Source: Blastocatellia bacterium (GTDB taxonomy: Bacteria > Acidobacteriota > Blastocatellia > RBC074). From it: a DNA stretch of 64,000 bases. Below, piece by piece: positions 10,421 through 20,091 of this stretch. The notes beneath the pieces were generated by a model. The model made no database searches, was not told the DNA's origin, and was given only the letters and a program-made list of their open reading frames with translations. The position numbers were made by a program, and so were the translations under genes. Each line of letters begins with the position of its first letter. Within the stretch, counting starts at the first letter, position 1. The stretch covers positions 527 to 64,526 of the forward strand of contig JAYVZE010000179.1 of the NCBI GenBank assembly GCA_043783625.1. Reading direction: 5' to 3'.

Positions 10421-11317
10421 TTAAAGAGGAAAGAGTTTGGGGAAGAATTGCCCCGCTATTTTTTCTCCTCTTGAGATGATCGGCACACCTTGAAGTAATG
10501 GTTGATCTGAAGCAGAGCAGACTCCGTCCTTAAAAACGTTGATGACCGTCGCCCGTCTTTGCCGTTCTGTCAGGTTGGAATACGAACCGTGAATCATCCG
10601 TGGAGGATGAAAAGTTCCCTGACCTTTTTTTAATTCTATCGCTGTAGGTTTGAAGGCTTGCTTCTGCTCGTCGGTCAGGATTGATTGGATCGCATCCATA
10701 TTTCCGGCAAGTCCTACTTTGGGCAAATCAGGCCAGCGATGCGATTTGGGAATATAGTTTAGACAGCCGTTGTCCTGCGTGGCATCATCCAACCCGATCC
10801 AGCAGGTCAAATGTGCTAACGGCTGCGTTCGCGTCCAGTATGAATAATCCTGATGCCAGGCGACGACTCCGCCGTGATGTGCTGGTTTACAGAATAACTG
10901 GTCGTGCCAGAAGCGGACATCTCCACCAAGTAACTGCGAAGCCGCCATCACAAATTGTGGATGCCAGAGAAGATCGTGGAATCCTGGCGTGAGGCGCCAC
11001 GCTCCGAGTGCGTGAAATAATATTTTTGTCAGGTCTTCTGATTCGTTGGAATGGAATTCGTAAAACAGATGATGGGCAGGATGTTTCGGGTCAATAATCT
11101 CAGTCAATTCGTCGCGAAGCTTTTCGATTTGGGTTTCGTTCAGAATTTGAATCCCGGACAAGTAACCAAACTCATGAAAAAATTCAATTTGCTCAATGGA
11201 TAGACGATATTGATCCCACTCGTCCGGCGTTATTGGAGCCTTAAAAAAATCGCTTATGGGTGTCTGATAATTTGATAAATCTTCACTCATTTCTTCATCA
11301 GCTAATTTTAGTTGCAA
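10421..11317 (-). CDS. Phytanoyl-CoA dioxygenase (PhyH) family Fe(II)/2-oxoglutarate oxygenase
   Basis: 298 aa. HQDYSYW HxD motif plus a distal His. Overall PhyH-like sequence. Confidence 0.6.
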   Translation of the reverse strand: MQLKLADEEMSEDLSNYQTPISDFFKAPITPDEWDQYRLSIEQIEFFHEFGYLSGIQILNETQIEKLRDELTEIIDPKHPAHHLFYEFHSNESEDLTKILFHALGAWRLTPGFHDLLWHPQFVMAASQLLGGDVRFWHDQLFCKPAHHGGVVAWHQDYSYWTRTQPLAHLTCWIGLDDATQDNGCLNYIPKSHRWPDLPKVGLAGNMDAIQSILTDEQKQAFKPTAIELKKGQGTFHPPRMIHGSYSNLTERQRRATVINVFKDGVCSASDQPLLQGVPIISRGEKIAGQFFPKLFPL

Positions 11318-11885
11318 GTATTAATCCAGTTGACCAGTTGAGTTTCGTTATCTGAAAATCCTGTCTTTGTTCTAATGTTTGGATTAATTTCGCTACTTTT
11401 GGTGGATGGTCAACCGGCCAATTTGATTGTGGCAGCATATCGTCAATCACATAAAGTCCGCCGACTTTGAGCAACGAAAGTGTTTCTTCCAGTACGAAAT
11501 ATTTGCCGGGCCAAGTGTCCGCAAAAATTAAATCGAAGGATTCATTTTGTGCGACTAATTCGCGGATGAAGCTTTCACCATCTGCGATGTGAAAGTTGAT
11601 ACGCTGGTCTTTGGCTAAATATTTTTGCGCTATAGCAACAAAATTTTCATCCTGCTCAATTGTCACTAATTTTGCGCTCGCATCCATTCCATCCAATATC
11701 CATGCAGTTGCCAAGCCTGTACCTGTACCAAGTTCAAGAAATTTTCCTAAAGGCTTGGAAGCGGCTAATGTTCTGAGCAGTGAACCAGTCAAGTGATCCG
11801 ACGCCATCGTAAAACCAATCGCTTGCGTGGCCTCTTCAATTGATTGTAAGACGGATGGTGGGTTCAGGTTTATTGCGTCCTTCAT
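11298..11885 (-). CDS. Class I SAM-dependent O-methyltransferase
   Basis: [14 protein letters not shown] motif I followed by an acidic motif II. 195 aa. Overlaps both neighbours. Confidence 0.65.
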   Translation of the reverse strand: MKDAINLNPPSVLQSIEEATQAIGFTMASDHLTGSLLRTLAASKPLGKFLELGTGTGLATAWILDGMDASAKLVTIEQDENFVAIAQKYLAKDQRINFHIADGESFIRELVAQNESFDLIFADTWPGKYFVLEETLSLLKVGGLYVIDDMLPQSNWPVDHPPKVAKLIQTLEQRQDFQITKLNWSTGLILATKIS

Positions 11886-12250
11886 TCGCTGTTCCTTTCA
11901 AATCCATAGTCTCTTTCGACTCTACAGATGCGGAGTTTGAATGACCGATACCAGATTTCATAACCTTTTTGTTGCGCCACTTTGTGCTCAGCTTGTTGAT
12001 GCCAATGGCGAATCGCCTCTTCGCTTTCCCAATATGAAACTGTGATGCCTAAACCCTCACGGGCGGATTCTACGCCCAGAAATCCAGGCATGGTCGCAGC
12101 GAGTTCAACCATCCGATCTGCCATCGCGCCGTAGCCATTTTCGCCTTCGGTGCGCAGGCTTGAGAAGATCACCGCGTAGTAAGGAGGTTCAGGAGTTTTT
12201 GCCAGCATAATTTTATGAACAGGCGTTCGCCTTTTTTCGCTTTTTATCAA
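11882..12250 (-). CDS. Antibiotic biosynthesis monooxygenase (ABM/Dabb) domain protein
   Basis: 122 aa. ABM-like ferredoxin-fold sequence. 4-nt overlap with the methyltransferase gene. Confidence 0.5.
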   Translation of the reverse strand: MIKSEKRRTPVHKIMLAKTPEPPYYAVIFSSLRTEGENGYGAMADRMVELAATMPGFLGVESAREGLGITVSYWESEEAIRHWHQQAEHKVAQQKGYEIWYRSFKLRICRVERDYGFERNSE

Positions 12251-12935
12251 CCGGAGTCAGTTGATTTCCCTGCAACTGATACGTGGTCGTTTCAATGTTC
12301 AGGCTGTTGTCGGTTTCGTCTGCCACACAGCGTTCGACCTCAAGTTTTCCATCAACAATATTTGATTTAATAATGCCACCTTTGGCTTTGTCTCCGCCTT
12401 CGTATTCCGTCACGCGCTGAAGCTTACCTTCTTCTATTGCGTACACTAATCCTCTGGAAAATGCTCCTTCGCCGCCAGTCGTGTAAGTCACATTGACAAT
12501 TGCTTCGTCTTTGCCGTCTCCATCCAAATCGCCATAAATTGTCTGAACATTATTATCACTGCCTTTGACAGAGGCATCGCCTAATTTGTAGCTCAATTTT
12601 TTGAAATTAATAGTGCGAATATCAGTCAACGGGGAAGGGCTGGGACTGGGAGAAATCGAAGGAGACGGCGAAGGAGAAATAGCTTCACTTGGTGACGGCG
12701 AAGCTTTTATTCCAGTGTTCGGCACCGAGAGTTTTGCGACTTCGGCTTCGTGGTTACGCAATAAAAAAAAAAGGGTAATCAGCCCCAGCACTACTGCGCC
12801 AATTGTTGAGGCGAACAAGATATTACTGGTGCGATGGCTGCGAATAATGCGCTCAGGATCAACATTCTTATAGCCGCATTTCAAGCAAAACGTTGAAGCT
12901 TCTGGTAGCTCCGTCCCGCATTTCATACAAAACAT
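12213..12935 (-). CDS. Zinc-ribbon membrane protein with an SP-repeat linker
   Basis: N-terminal CxxC...CxxC zinc ribbon, a TM helix, then an SPSPSPSISPSPSPSP low-complexity linker. Confidence 0.45.
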   Translation of the reverse strand: MFCMKCGTELPEASTFCLKCGYKNVDPERIIRSHRTSNILFASTIGAVVLGLITLFFLLRNHEAEVAKLSVPNTGIKASPSPSEAISPSPSPSISPSPSPSPLTDIRTINFKKLSYKLGDASVKGSDNNVQTIYGDLDGDGKDEAIVNVTYTTGGEGAFSRGLVYAIEEGKLQRVTEYEGGDKAKGGIIKSNIVDGKLEVERCVADETDNSLNIETTTYQLQGNQLTPVDKKRKKANACS

Positions 12936-12992
12936 ATTTCGTGAATTCTCCTGTGAGGTTTTTCTTTTCGGGCAATGACAGTTCTGACAATG

Positions 12993-13760
12993 TTAGTTTG
13001 AAGTTGGAGGTTTTCCTGTGAGCAAGGGTAACAACTTTTCTTCTACTTCATCAAGATAATGCCGCAGATAAGTATTCTCGCCACGTGTTCGCAGGATGTC
13101 TAATGAAACTCCGTTCCAGCATTTTTGTTCGCGCTCGAAATCAATTTCTAATTCCTCAACAATTCGCTTTGGATTACGCGCCGGATCAGAAGTGTTTGAA
13201 GAATAACGAAGGCGATGAGCTTCTTCACACGGATCAAAATTAAGCCGCTGTCGAATTGCCAAAAGCTGACGTTCTTCTTGTTCGTTCTCGCTATGAAATC
13301 CATTTAAAATCCAATTTTCACGTTTAGGATATTGCACAGCAAGTGCCACAGGAAATTGGTCTTCTATTTCAGTAATCGCCTGATGAATCCCTTGCCTTCG
13401 CTCTTTCTGACTGTCGAGATCGCGTGATAAAACGAGGGCTATAATTTCTCGATCTGGTTGTTCTGCTTTTATTTTCAGTACAAGGCGAATAGCTTTTCGC
13501 GTCACTGCTGTATCAATTCCTTGTGGCTCGTTATTGACATGTCCACGATAACGGGGAAGCCTGTAGTTTTGGTATAAGCTATGAATATTCCTCCATCGAG
13601 TACAACTCTGATTACCTTCGATGGAAGTCCACGAACGGCTATGCGGCAGAATAGTTTCATCCAACCAATCAGGGCTTGCTTCAAGCAAGACGCGATCCGC
13701 CAGCGCACAAACCATTCGCGCATCTGATTCATTTTCCGCCACCACAATAAACTCAGGCAT
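12993..13760 (-). CDS. DUF4276-like protein, partner of the upstream ATPase (AbiLii-like)
   Basis: 255 aa. 8-nt overlap with the ATPase gene. Size and pairing are typical of DUF4276/AbiLii partners of AAA_21 ATPases. The family name is recalled from memory, not searched. Confidence 0.5.
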   Translation of the reverse strand: MPEFIVVAENESDARMVCALADRVLLEASPDWLDETILPHSRSWTSIEGNQSCTRWRNIHSLYQNYRLPRYRGHVNNEPQGIDTAVTRKAIRLVLKIKAEQPDREIIALVLSRDLDSQKERRQGIHQAITEIEDQFPVALAVQYPKRENWILNGFHSENEQEERQLLAIRQRLNFDPCEEAHRLRYSSNTSDPARNPKRIVEELEIDFEREQKCWNGVSLDILRTRGENTYLRHYLDEVEEKLLPLLTGKPPTSN

Positions 13761-14961
13761 TCACCGGCTCCGCTGTATTTTCAATGACCCAGTTTTCACC
13801 CTCGGCGTCCCATAATTCGCCTGTCGTCAAAACTCCTAAAGCGCGTCCAGCATCAGGATGTTCGCTTAATCGTTTGGTATGACTGACGCCGTCTTGATCC
13901 ATATCCATCACCCAGACATCTTCTGGTGCAAGCTCATCAATGATGTAAGGCGAATGACTGGTTAGAATAATTTGCTGATCATGTTTTTCGGCGAAGTTTT
14001 TGAGCGTTTGCATTAATTGACGTTGTGCAAGGGGATGAAGTCCTGTCTCAATATCTTCAAGTAAAAAGATTTTGCTGTCTGTAGAACCATAAAGCAATGT
14101 AAGCAAACCAAGACTCAGCAGGGTTCCTTCACTTATTGAACTAGCTGGTAAGTCATTTGCTGAAACAGTGTCAAAAAATAGTGCTTGCCCGGTTACAGGT
14201 CTTTCCTCAGGGACTGGAAAAACTGACTCGCCATACTTGATAGTTTTAGTTTCTTTCAAGATTACTTTAGCGGGTTTTACTCTAACACGTTTAATGGTTG
14301 GAACAATTTGCTGCAAGGCCGCAAGAATGAGATCGAACTGCTCTTCGTCCGCACCTTTTAGGTAGGAAATTACTGAGGCCAATCCATGTCCTTCTGAAGT
14401 AAACTGGGGTGGTATTTCTTCAGAATAAGACGCAGCGGATAAATTGGAAGAGGTAGCTTTTAAATATTTATATTTTCCTACTTTAAGTAAAGGGGACTGA
14501 ATTTGACTTCCAAATCGGACGGGAGCTTCGACGTCAATGGGTGTTGCAACGAATCCCTCATCATATCCAATTCCTTCTTCCAATATATCTATCCCACCTT
14601 TGATCAAAAATCCCCATGCGGGTATTTTTACGCTGGAATGATTATATTCTGGATAAACTTGTTCCTGGCTTGATGAATATAAAGATGCTTTCCAGTACCT
14701 TTCTTGATCTGTTCCTTCCACACATATTTTTAACTGAAAACTATTTTCTCTGATCATTTTGAGTGATGGGTCGAGATATTTATTATCAAAAGAAAACGGA
14801 GCAGTGATCGCTTGGGACAAATTATCCATAAGTAATTTGATGGACTGAATCAGATTACTTTTACCTGCACCATTCGGGCCAACAAGTGCAGTCACGCGCC
14901 CCGGTTCAATGACCGTATGCGCGTGACTTTTGAAATTCGTGAGTTCGATTTTGGTAATCAT
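13753..14961 (-). CDS. ABC-type (AAA_21/AAA_15-like, OLD-family-like) ATPase (AbiLi-like)
   Basis: Walker A GPNGAGKSN at the N-terminus. C-terminal Walker B/D-loop FLLEDIETGLHP and H-loop LTSHSP. 402 aa. Confidence 0.7.
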   Translation of the reverse strand: MITKIELTNFKSHAHTVIEPGRVTALVGPNGAGKSNLIQSIKLLMDNLSQAITAPFSFDNKYLDPSLKMIRENSFQLKICVEGTDQERYWKASLYSSSQEQVYPEYNHSSVKIPAWGFLIKGGIDILEEGIGYDEGFVATPIDVEAPVRFGSQIQSPLLKVGKYKYLKATSSNLSAASYSEEIPPQFTSEGHGLASVISYLKGADEEQFDLILAALQQIVPTIKRVRVKPAKVILKETKTIKYGESVFPVPEERPVTGQALFFDTVSANDLPASSISEGTLLSLGLLTLLYGSTDSKIFLLEDIETGLHPLAQRQLMQTLKNFAEKHDQQIILTSHSPYIIDELAPEDVWVMDMDQDGVSHTKRLSEHPDAGRALGVLTTGELWDAEGENWVIENTAEPVNA

Positions 14962-14974
14962 CGTTCTCTCCGTC

Positions 14975-15661
14975 TTACTGACTTTTCGCCTGCTGATTGA
15001 CTTTCAATTTATCCGCAAAAATCTTGCGGAATTTCTTGATTTTCGGCGCAATCACGTAGCTGCAATATCCGGCGTTTGGATTGTTGACGTAGTATTCCTG
15101 ATGATATTGTTCAGCCGAATAAAACTCTGAAACTTGCGCGACTTCGGTCACGATGGGGCTGGTGTAGGCTTTGGCTGCCGTCAGTTCGGCGATGAATTTT
15201 TCTGCGATTTCTTTTTGTTCGGGCGAGTGATAATAAATTGCAGAACGGTACTGCGTCCCGACGTCATTGCCCTGACGATTTAATGTCGTTGGATCGTGCA
15301 GAATGAATAGCACTTCGAGGATTTCACGATAGGAAGTGACTTTGGGATCGAAGGTGATCTGAACGACTTCGGCATGTCCACTGTCGCCGGAAGAAACCTG
15401 TTGATAGGTCGGATTTTTGACGTGACCGCCAGTGTATCCAGAGACAGCTTTTTCCACGCCGCGCAATTCATCGAACGGAGCTTCGATGCACCAGAAACAC
15501 CCGCCCGCTACCGTCGCAATTTCTTTTGTGTTGTCCATTTTTTTGTTTTTATCCTTTTTCTCTGAAGGTTCTTTGGTTTTTTGAATCGGTTCGGTGGCAG
15601 TCGCGCTGCATCCCAAAGCTGTTAAGGTTACGAAGCAGATTAAGATCAGAATTTTTTTCAT
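14975..15661 (-). CDS. msrA: Peptide methionine sulfoxide reductase MsrA, lipoprotein-type signal
   Basis: GCFWCIE catalytic motif. N-terminal signal with an ALGC lipobox. Confidence 0.85.
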   Translation of the reverse strand: MKKILILICFVTLTALGCSATATEPIQKTKEPSEKKDKNKKMDNTKEIATVAGGCFWCIEAPFDELRGVEKAVSGYTGGHVKNPTYQQVSSGDSGHAEVVQITFDPKVTSYREILEVLFILHDPTTLNRQGNDVGTQYRSAIYYHSPEQKEIAEKFIAELTAAKAYTSPIVTEVAQVSEFYSAEQYHQEYYVNNPNAGYCSYVIAPKIKKFRKIFADKLKVNQQAKSQ

Positions 15662-15783
15662 AGCTAGTTTCCTTTGTTTCGTGAAAAAATTAATTCACCA
15701 ATCAATAATTTAGGAAGGAAATCATTATATCGCAAAAATGCGCTGAAAGATTCCTGTGAGCTTTACGATTTAGATTTTGAGAT

Positions 15784-16284
15784 TTAGATGGAGTTACAAA
15801 AATAAACCAGATGCTGAAACCCGCGCCAGAAAATTTCTTTTTCGATTTGTAATCCGTTTTTTTCTGCGACGCGGCGCGAAGGCTCATTTTCAGGGCGGAT
15901 CATCGAAATCATCCGGCTTCGATGAAGTTGCTGAAAGCCATATTCAAAACAGGCGCGTGCGGCTTCCGGGGCGTAGCCTTTCCCCCAATAATTTCGATTC
16001 ACGTGATAGCCGACTTCCAGTTCCATCGCTCCGTCAACTTCCTGATGGAGCAGCCCGCAATCACCGATTAATGTTTCTTCACTTTTCAAAATCATCGCCC
16101 ACAATCCATAGCCGTTTTGCTCATAGCTTTTGAATTGTCTTTCCATCAAAGCGGTCAGCATTTCACGATCCAGCGGCTGCGGATAATACAGCATCGTTTC
16201 CGCATCACTCCAAATCAAGAGCATCGCGTCAACATCATTAGGCGTTAGTTCGCGCAAGTAGAGGCGTTCTGTTTCGAGAATCAT
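15784..16284 (-). CDS. GNAT family N-acetyltransferase
   Basis: 166 aa. RimJ/RimL-like GNAT motifs (WGKGYAPEAARA). Confidence 0.7.
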   Translation of the reverse strand: MILETERLYLRELTPNDVDAMLLIWSDAETMLYYPQPLDREMLTALMERQFKSYEQNGYGLWAMILKSEETLIGDCGLLHQEVDGAMELEVGYHVNRNYWGKGYAPEAARACFEYGFQQLHRSRMISMIRPENEPSRRVAEKNGLQIEKEIFWRGFQHLVYFCNSI

Positions 16285-16290
16285 AATTGG

Positions 16291-16350
16291 TGCGCCAGCA
16301 TCTTGCTGGCATTTTTGGGAGGGGGAAACTTGCCAGCAGGATGCTGGCGT
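16291..16350. repeat. REP/MITE-like palindromic element, copy 1 (GCCAGCATCTTGCTGGC arms)
   Basis: Left arm GCGCCAGCATCTTGCTGGCATTT and right arm GCCAGCAGGATGCTGGCGTACC are near reverse complements. The same element recurs at 52408..52480. Confidence 0.7.
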
Positions 16351-16356
16351 ACCGCG

Positions 16357-16977
16357 CTACGGCGTTTTCGGAATCGGAGCGCGTAATTCTACCCGACCTA
16401 AAATCTGTCGTGCCAAATCGCGTCCGGCGCGTTGGTAGGAATACGCGCTGACTCGACCGTATTGATCGGCGTAAATGGAAGCGGAACCAAGTCCCAGATT
16501 CTTGCCTGTCTTGGGTTCGTAGATCGTGTAGCGGACTTCGTATTGCTGACCAAACGTTTGAAATTCTAACTGAACCACATAAAAACGGTTTTCGTCTTTC
16601 GCCATCTTAATGGCGTCGGAGCGGCTCATATTTCCGGTGTCACGAACTTCCAATCCGCGCACTGCACGCAAGAGTTCAATCCGGCAAGCCCCGCGCACAT
16701 AATCGGCGACACCCATGCCAGCGTTCATGTCCGCCCAATCTGTGCCGAGAATAATGCCGCGTTGTCCGGCTTTCTTTTCTTCTTTCTTCTTGTCGTCTTC
16801 GAGGTCTGGTTCAGGCAGGTCAGACTTGGGAAGTTCGGGAGTTTTGGATGGCACAGGAACACCCTGAACAGGAGGAAGGTCAGGTGCTTTTTTTTGTTTG
16901 CGACCTGATTGCCCGACGGCGGAAACAGTAAGAAGAGCCAATAAAAATAGAGTGATGATTAGCTTTAAATTTCTCAT
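16357..16977 (-). CDS. Secreted hypothetical protein (start adjusted to the signal-peptide Met MRNLKLIITLF)
   Basis: The ORF is open to 17070, but a signal peptide begins at the internal Met. The 16980-17105 region is GC-rich hairpins, not coding-like. Confidence 0.5.
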   Translation of the reverse strand: MRNLKLIITLFLLALLTVSAVGQSGRKQKKAPDLPPVQGVPVPSKTPELPKSDLPEPDLEDDKKKEEKKAGQRGIILGTDWADMNAGMGVADYVRGACRIELLRAVRGLEVRDTGNMSRSDAIKMAKDENRFYVVQLEFQTFGQQYEVRYTIYEPKTGKNLGLGSASIYADQYGRVSAYSYQRAGRDLARQILGRVELRAPIPKTP

Positions 16978-17112
16978 AAGTACTCCTTTTCGAGGATGGG
17001 AAAAATATTCATAGCTCCCCTCCTGTCTTAGGAGGGGGTAGGGGGTGGTCGGAATTTGAATACAGACCACCCCGTCCTTCGGACACCCCTCCTAAAACAG
17101 GAGGGGAATTTT

Positions 17113-18195
17113 TTATCGTTGAATTCGCGCTGATCCGCCTTTGGCAAAAGCGCGAACCTGATCCACCGTTGCCATGGTCGTATCACCGGGGAACGTTGTC
17201 AATAAAGCTCCGTGCGCCCAGCCTAATCGTAAAGAATCTTCAGGGGTTTCGCCTGAAAGTAAGCCGTAAATAAAGCCTGCCGCGAAGCCATCTCCGCCGC
17301 CGACACGATCTACTACATTCAGCTCACAGGTTGGAGCCACCAACGTTTGACCGTTGATCCAGGTCACTGCGCCCCAGCTATGATGATTGGTGGAATGAAC
17401 TTCGCGCAACGTCGTCGCCACCGCTTTGATGTTGGGATGCTGCGCGGTAACGCGATCAATCATCGCAAAAAATGTGCTGGGATCAAGCTTGGAAGTGGCA
17501 TGAACTTCAGGGCCGGGAATTCCTAAACCTAATTGTAAATCTTCTTCGTTTCCGACTAAGACATCTACGTTGTCAACGATGCGGCGCAGCGTCGCTACGG
17601 CACGATCTCCGCCGCCGAAGATATTCCAGAGCTTGGCACGGAAGTTCAAATCGAATGACACCATCGCACCTTGTGCTTTAGCAGCTTGCATTCCTTCGAT
17701 GATTAATTCTGAGGTCGTGGCCGACAGGGCGGCGAAAATTCCGCCGCTGTGAAACCATTTCGCGCCGCCGGAAAAAATTTGATCCCAATCGAAATCGCCC
17801 GGTTTTAACTGCGCTGCCGCTTCGTTGGCGCGATTGTAAAACACCACCGGGGCGCGGACTCCGTGTCCCCGGTCGCTCAGGACGGTCGCCATATTCGGAC
17901 CTGTCACGCCGTCGTGTTTGAAGCGTTTATAGAATCCTTTGACGCCCATCGCTTTGACCCGTTCGGCAATTAAATCGCCAATCGGATAATCCACCATGGC
18001 GGAAGCGATGGCGGTATTTAAATCGAAACAATCAGCTAAATTTGCCGCGACGTTGAATTCGCCTCCACTGACGTGAATTGCGCAGTTTGTAGCTTTACGA
18101 AAAGGGATAATGCCAGGGTCTAAACGGTGAATAAGGGCGCCGAGAGAAACTAAATCAAGTGCGCCATCCTGACGAATTGGTAAACCGGATGTCAT
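17113..18195 (-). CDS. PfkB/ribokinase-family sugar kinase (KDG kinase-like)
   Basis: 360 aa. PfkB signature GGGDGFAAGFIYGLL near the C-terminus and N-terminal GG motif. Confidence 0.7.
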   Translation of the reverse strand: MTSGLPIRQDGALDLVSLGALIHRLDPGIIPFRKATNCAIHVSGGEFNVAANLADCFDLNTAIASAMVDYPIGDLIAERVKAMGVKGFYKRFKHDGVTGPNMATVLSDRGHGVRAPVVFYNRANEAAAQLKPGDFDWDQIFSGGAKWFHSGGIFAALSATTSELIIEGMQAAKAQGAMVSFDLNFRAKLWNIFGGGDRAVATLRRIVDNVDVLVGNEEDLQLGLGIPGPEVHATSKLDPSTFFAMIDRVTAQHPNIKAVATTLREVHSTNHHSWGAVTWINGQTLVAPTCELNVVDRVGGGDGFAAGFIYGLLSGETPEDSLRLGWAHGALLTTFPGDTTMATVDQVRAFAKGGSARIQR

Positions 18196-18498
18196 GCTGT
18201 GCTCCTTACAAAATAATATTTTGATCGGCAGTTTTGAAATATACCTTGACGATCATTGATGGGACTAATGCTTGAAAAATCTGTTCATTGGCTATCTTTC
18301 TGTAACTTTTGTCAGTGACTCTCTGACTTATTTAATAGCCAATTAATTCGATTAACTCAGCATTATGTGGTTCAATTTAACACGAGTCGTATACATCTCA
18401 TAATTTGTTGGCGATGGTCAATTGTTCAGGCGTTAAATTTTTTCAGGTTTTGAGGTGCGACCAGCAGCAATATTAATTAATTTTACCGATCAGAATTT

Positions 18499-20025
18499 AT
18501 GTTATTAGGAATTGATTTTGGCACTACGAGAACAGTTGTGACAGCGGTGAATCGCGGCAACTATCCCATTGTTACTTTTACCAGCGAAGCCGGAGACCCG
18601 TGCGAATGGTATCCGTCCGTGTTGGCGACACGCGGCAACGAATGCGCGTTCGGGTTTGAAGCGCTGGCGAAACAGGGCGATCCGAATTGGGCGATCCGTC
18701 GTTCCTTTAAACGTGAACTTTCAAGTTTGGGAACCAGCAGCCGCCTGCGCGTTGGCACGCACGAGATGAGTGTTTTTGAATGGGTAACTTCTTTTCTCGA
18801 ACAGTTGCATCACGATTTGCGCCATCACTCCAACCTGACTTTGAAGAAAAAAGAAAAGCTCGAAGCGATGATTTCAGTGCCGGCGAACGCGAACAGCAAT
18901 CAGCGCTTCATCACACTGGAAGCCTTTCGCCGCGCCGGTTTTATTGTGCGTGGAATGATGAACGAACCGTCAGCGGCGGGCATTGAATACGCCCATCACA
19001 TTCTGGGGGCCGAAGCGAAAATCAAGCGTGAACATTTATTAGTGTACGATTTAGGCGGCGGCACTTTTGATTCGGCAGTGATTAGTTTAATGGATCATTC
19101 GCATGAAGTTTTAAGTAATGAGGGCATCGGAAAGTTAGGCGGCGACAACTTCGATGTGCTGTTATTAAACCTCGCGCTCAAGCAGGCCGGGATTGAAAAT
19201 CTTTCCGATTCGCAACTCGTTCCGTTGCTCGAAGAATGCCGCGAGAAAAAAGAAAGTTTGCGACCGAATACTAAAAAAATCGTCCTTGATATGGGGCGGG
19301 GAATTCCGGGAGCCGAAGAAGTCGTCGTCTTAACCAGTGATTTTTATGAAGCCTGTCGTCCGTTGATTGAAAGCACTTTGGATGCGATGGGACGCGCCAT
19401 TGAAAAAGGTTTGGGCGATGCGGAAATAGATTTGAAATCGCTGGCGGCGGTGTATCTGGTGGGCGGATCAAGCGATTTTCCTCCGGTGGCGCGTTTGTTG
19501 AAAGAACGTTACGGCAAACTCGTTAAGCGTTCGCTTTATCCGCATGCTTCCGTTGCCATTGGCTTGGCCGTAGCCGCTGACACCGAAGCCGGACATACTC
19601 TGCGTGAACGCTTCACGCGGCATTTTGGTGTCTGGCGTGAATTTGAATCCGGTCGCCAGATTGCGTTCGATAATTTGTTTGCCAAAGACACCGTCTTACC
19701 GGGCAAAGGCGAAGCCAAATTAATTCTGCAACGTCGTTATATTCCCGCGCATAACGTCGGACATTTTCGCTATCTTGAATGCAGTGGATTGGATGAACAT
19801 TCCCAGCCGCAGGGCGACATTACGCGCTGGGATGAAATTTATTTCCCCTTCGATCCGGCTGTGCGTGACGAAGCGGATTTGTCCATCATCCCCGTCGCCC
19901 GCGCTTCCGGTTTGCATAACTTAATCGAAGAAACCTACACCTGTGATTCCAATGGAATTATTGAGGTCGAGATAAAAGATTTGACGAATCAATTTAGCCG
20001 TAGCTTTATGTTACGAAGTCAATAA
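18499..20025 (+). CDS. Hsp70-family (actin-like ATPase) protein, short HscC-like form
   Basis: MLLGIDFGTTRTVV N-terminal phosphate-1 motif and the DLGGGTFD motif. 508 aa, no C-terminal lid. Confidence 0.65.
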   Translation: MLLGIDFGTTRTVVTAVNRGNYPIVTFTSEAGDPCEWYPSVLATRGNECAFGFEALAKQGDPNWAIRRSFKRELSSLGTSSRLRVGTHEMSVFEWVTSFLEQLHHDLRHHSNLTLKKKEKLEAMISVPANANSNQRFITLEAFRRAGFIVRGMMNEPSAAGIEYAHHILGAEAKIKREHLLVYDLGGGTFDSAVISLMDHSHEVLSNEGIGKLGGDNFDVLLLNLALKQAGIENLSDSQLVPLLEECREKKESLRPNTKKIVLDMGRGIPGAEEVVVLTSDFYEACRPLIESTLDAMGRAIEKGLGDAEIDLKSLAAVYLVGGSSDFPPVARLLKERYGKLVKRSLYPHASVAIGLAVAADTEAGHTLRERFTRHFGVWREFESGRQIAFDNLFAKDTVLPGKGEAKLILQRRYIPAHNVGHFRYLECSGLDEHSQPQGDITRWDEIYFPFDPAVRDEADLSIIPVARASGLHNLIEETYTCDSNGIIEVEIKDLTNQFSRSFMLRSQ

Positions 20026-20091
20026 TTGTCAGGAGGTCAACACCCTCCCGGCTAACTATCAACAACGATATTTGTTTCCCCCCAACATTTT

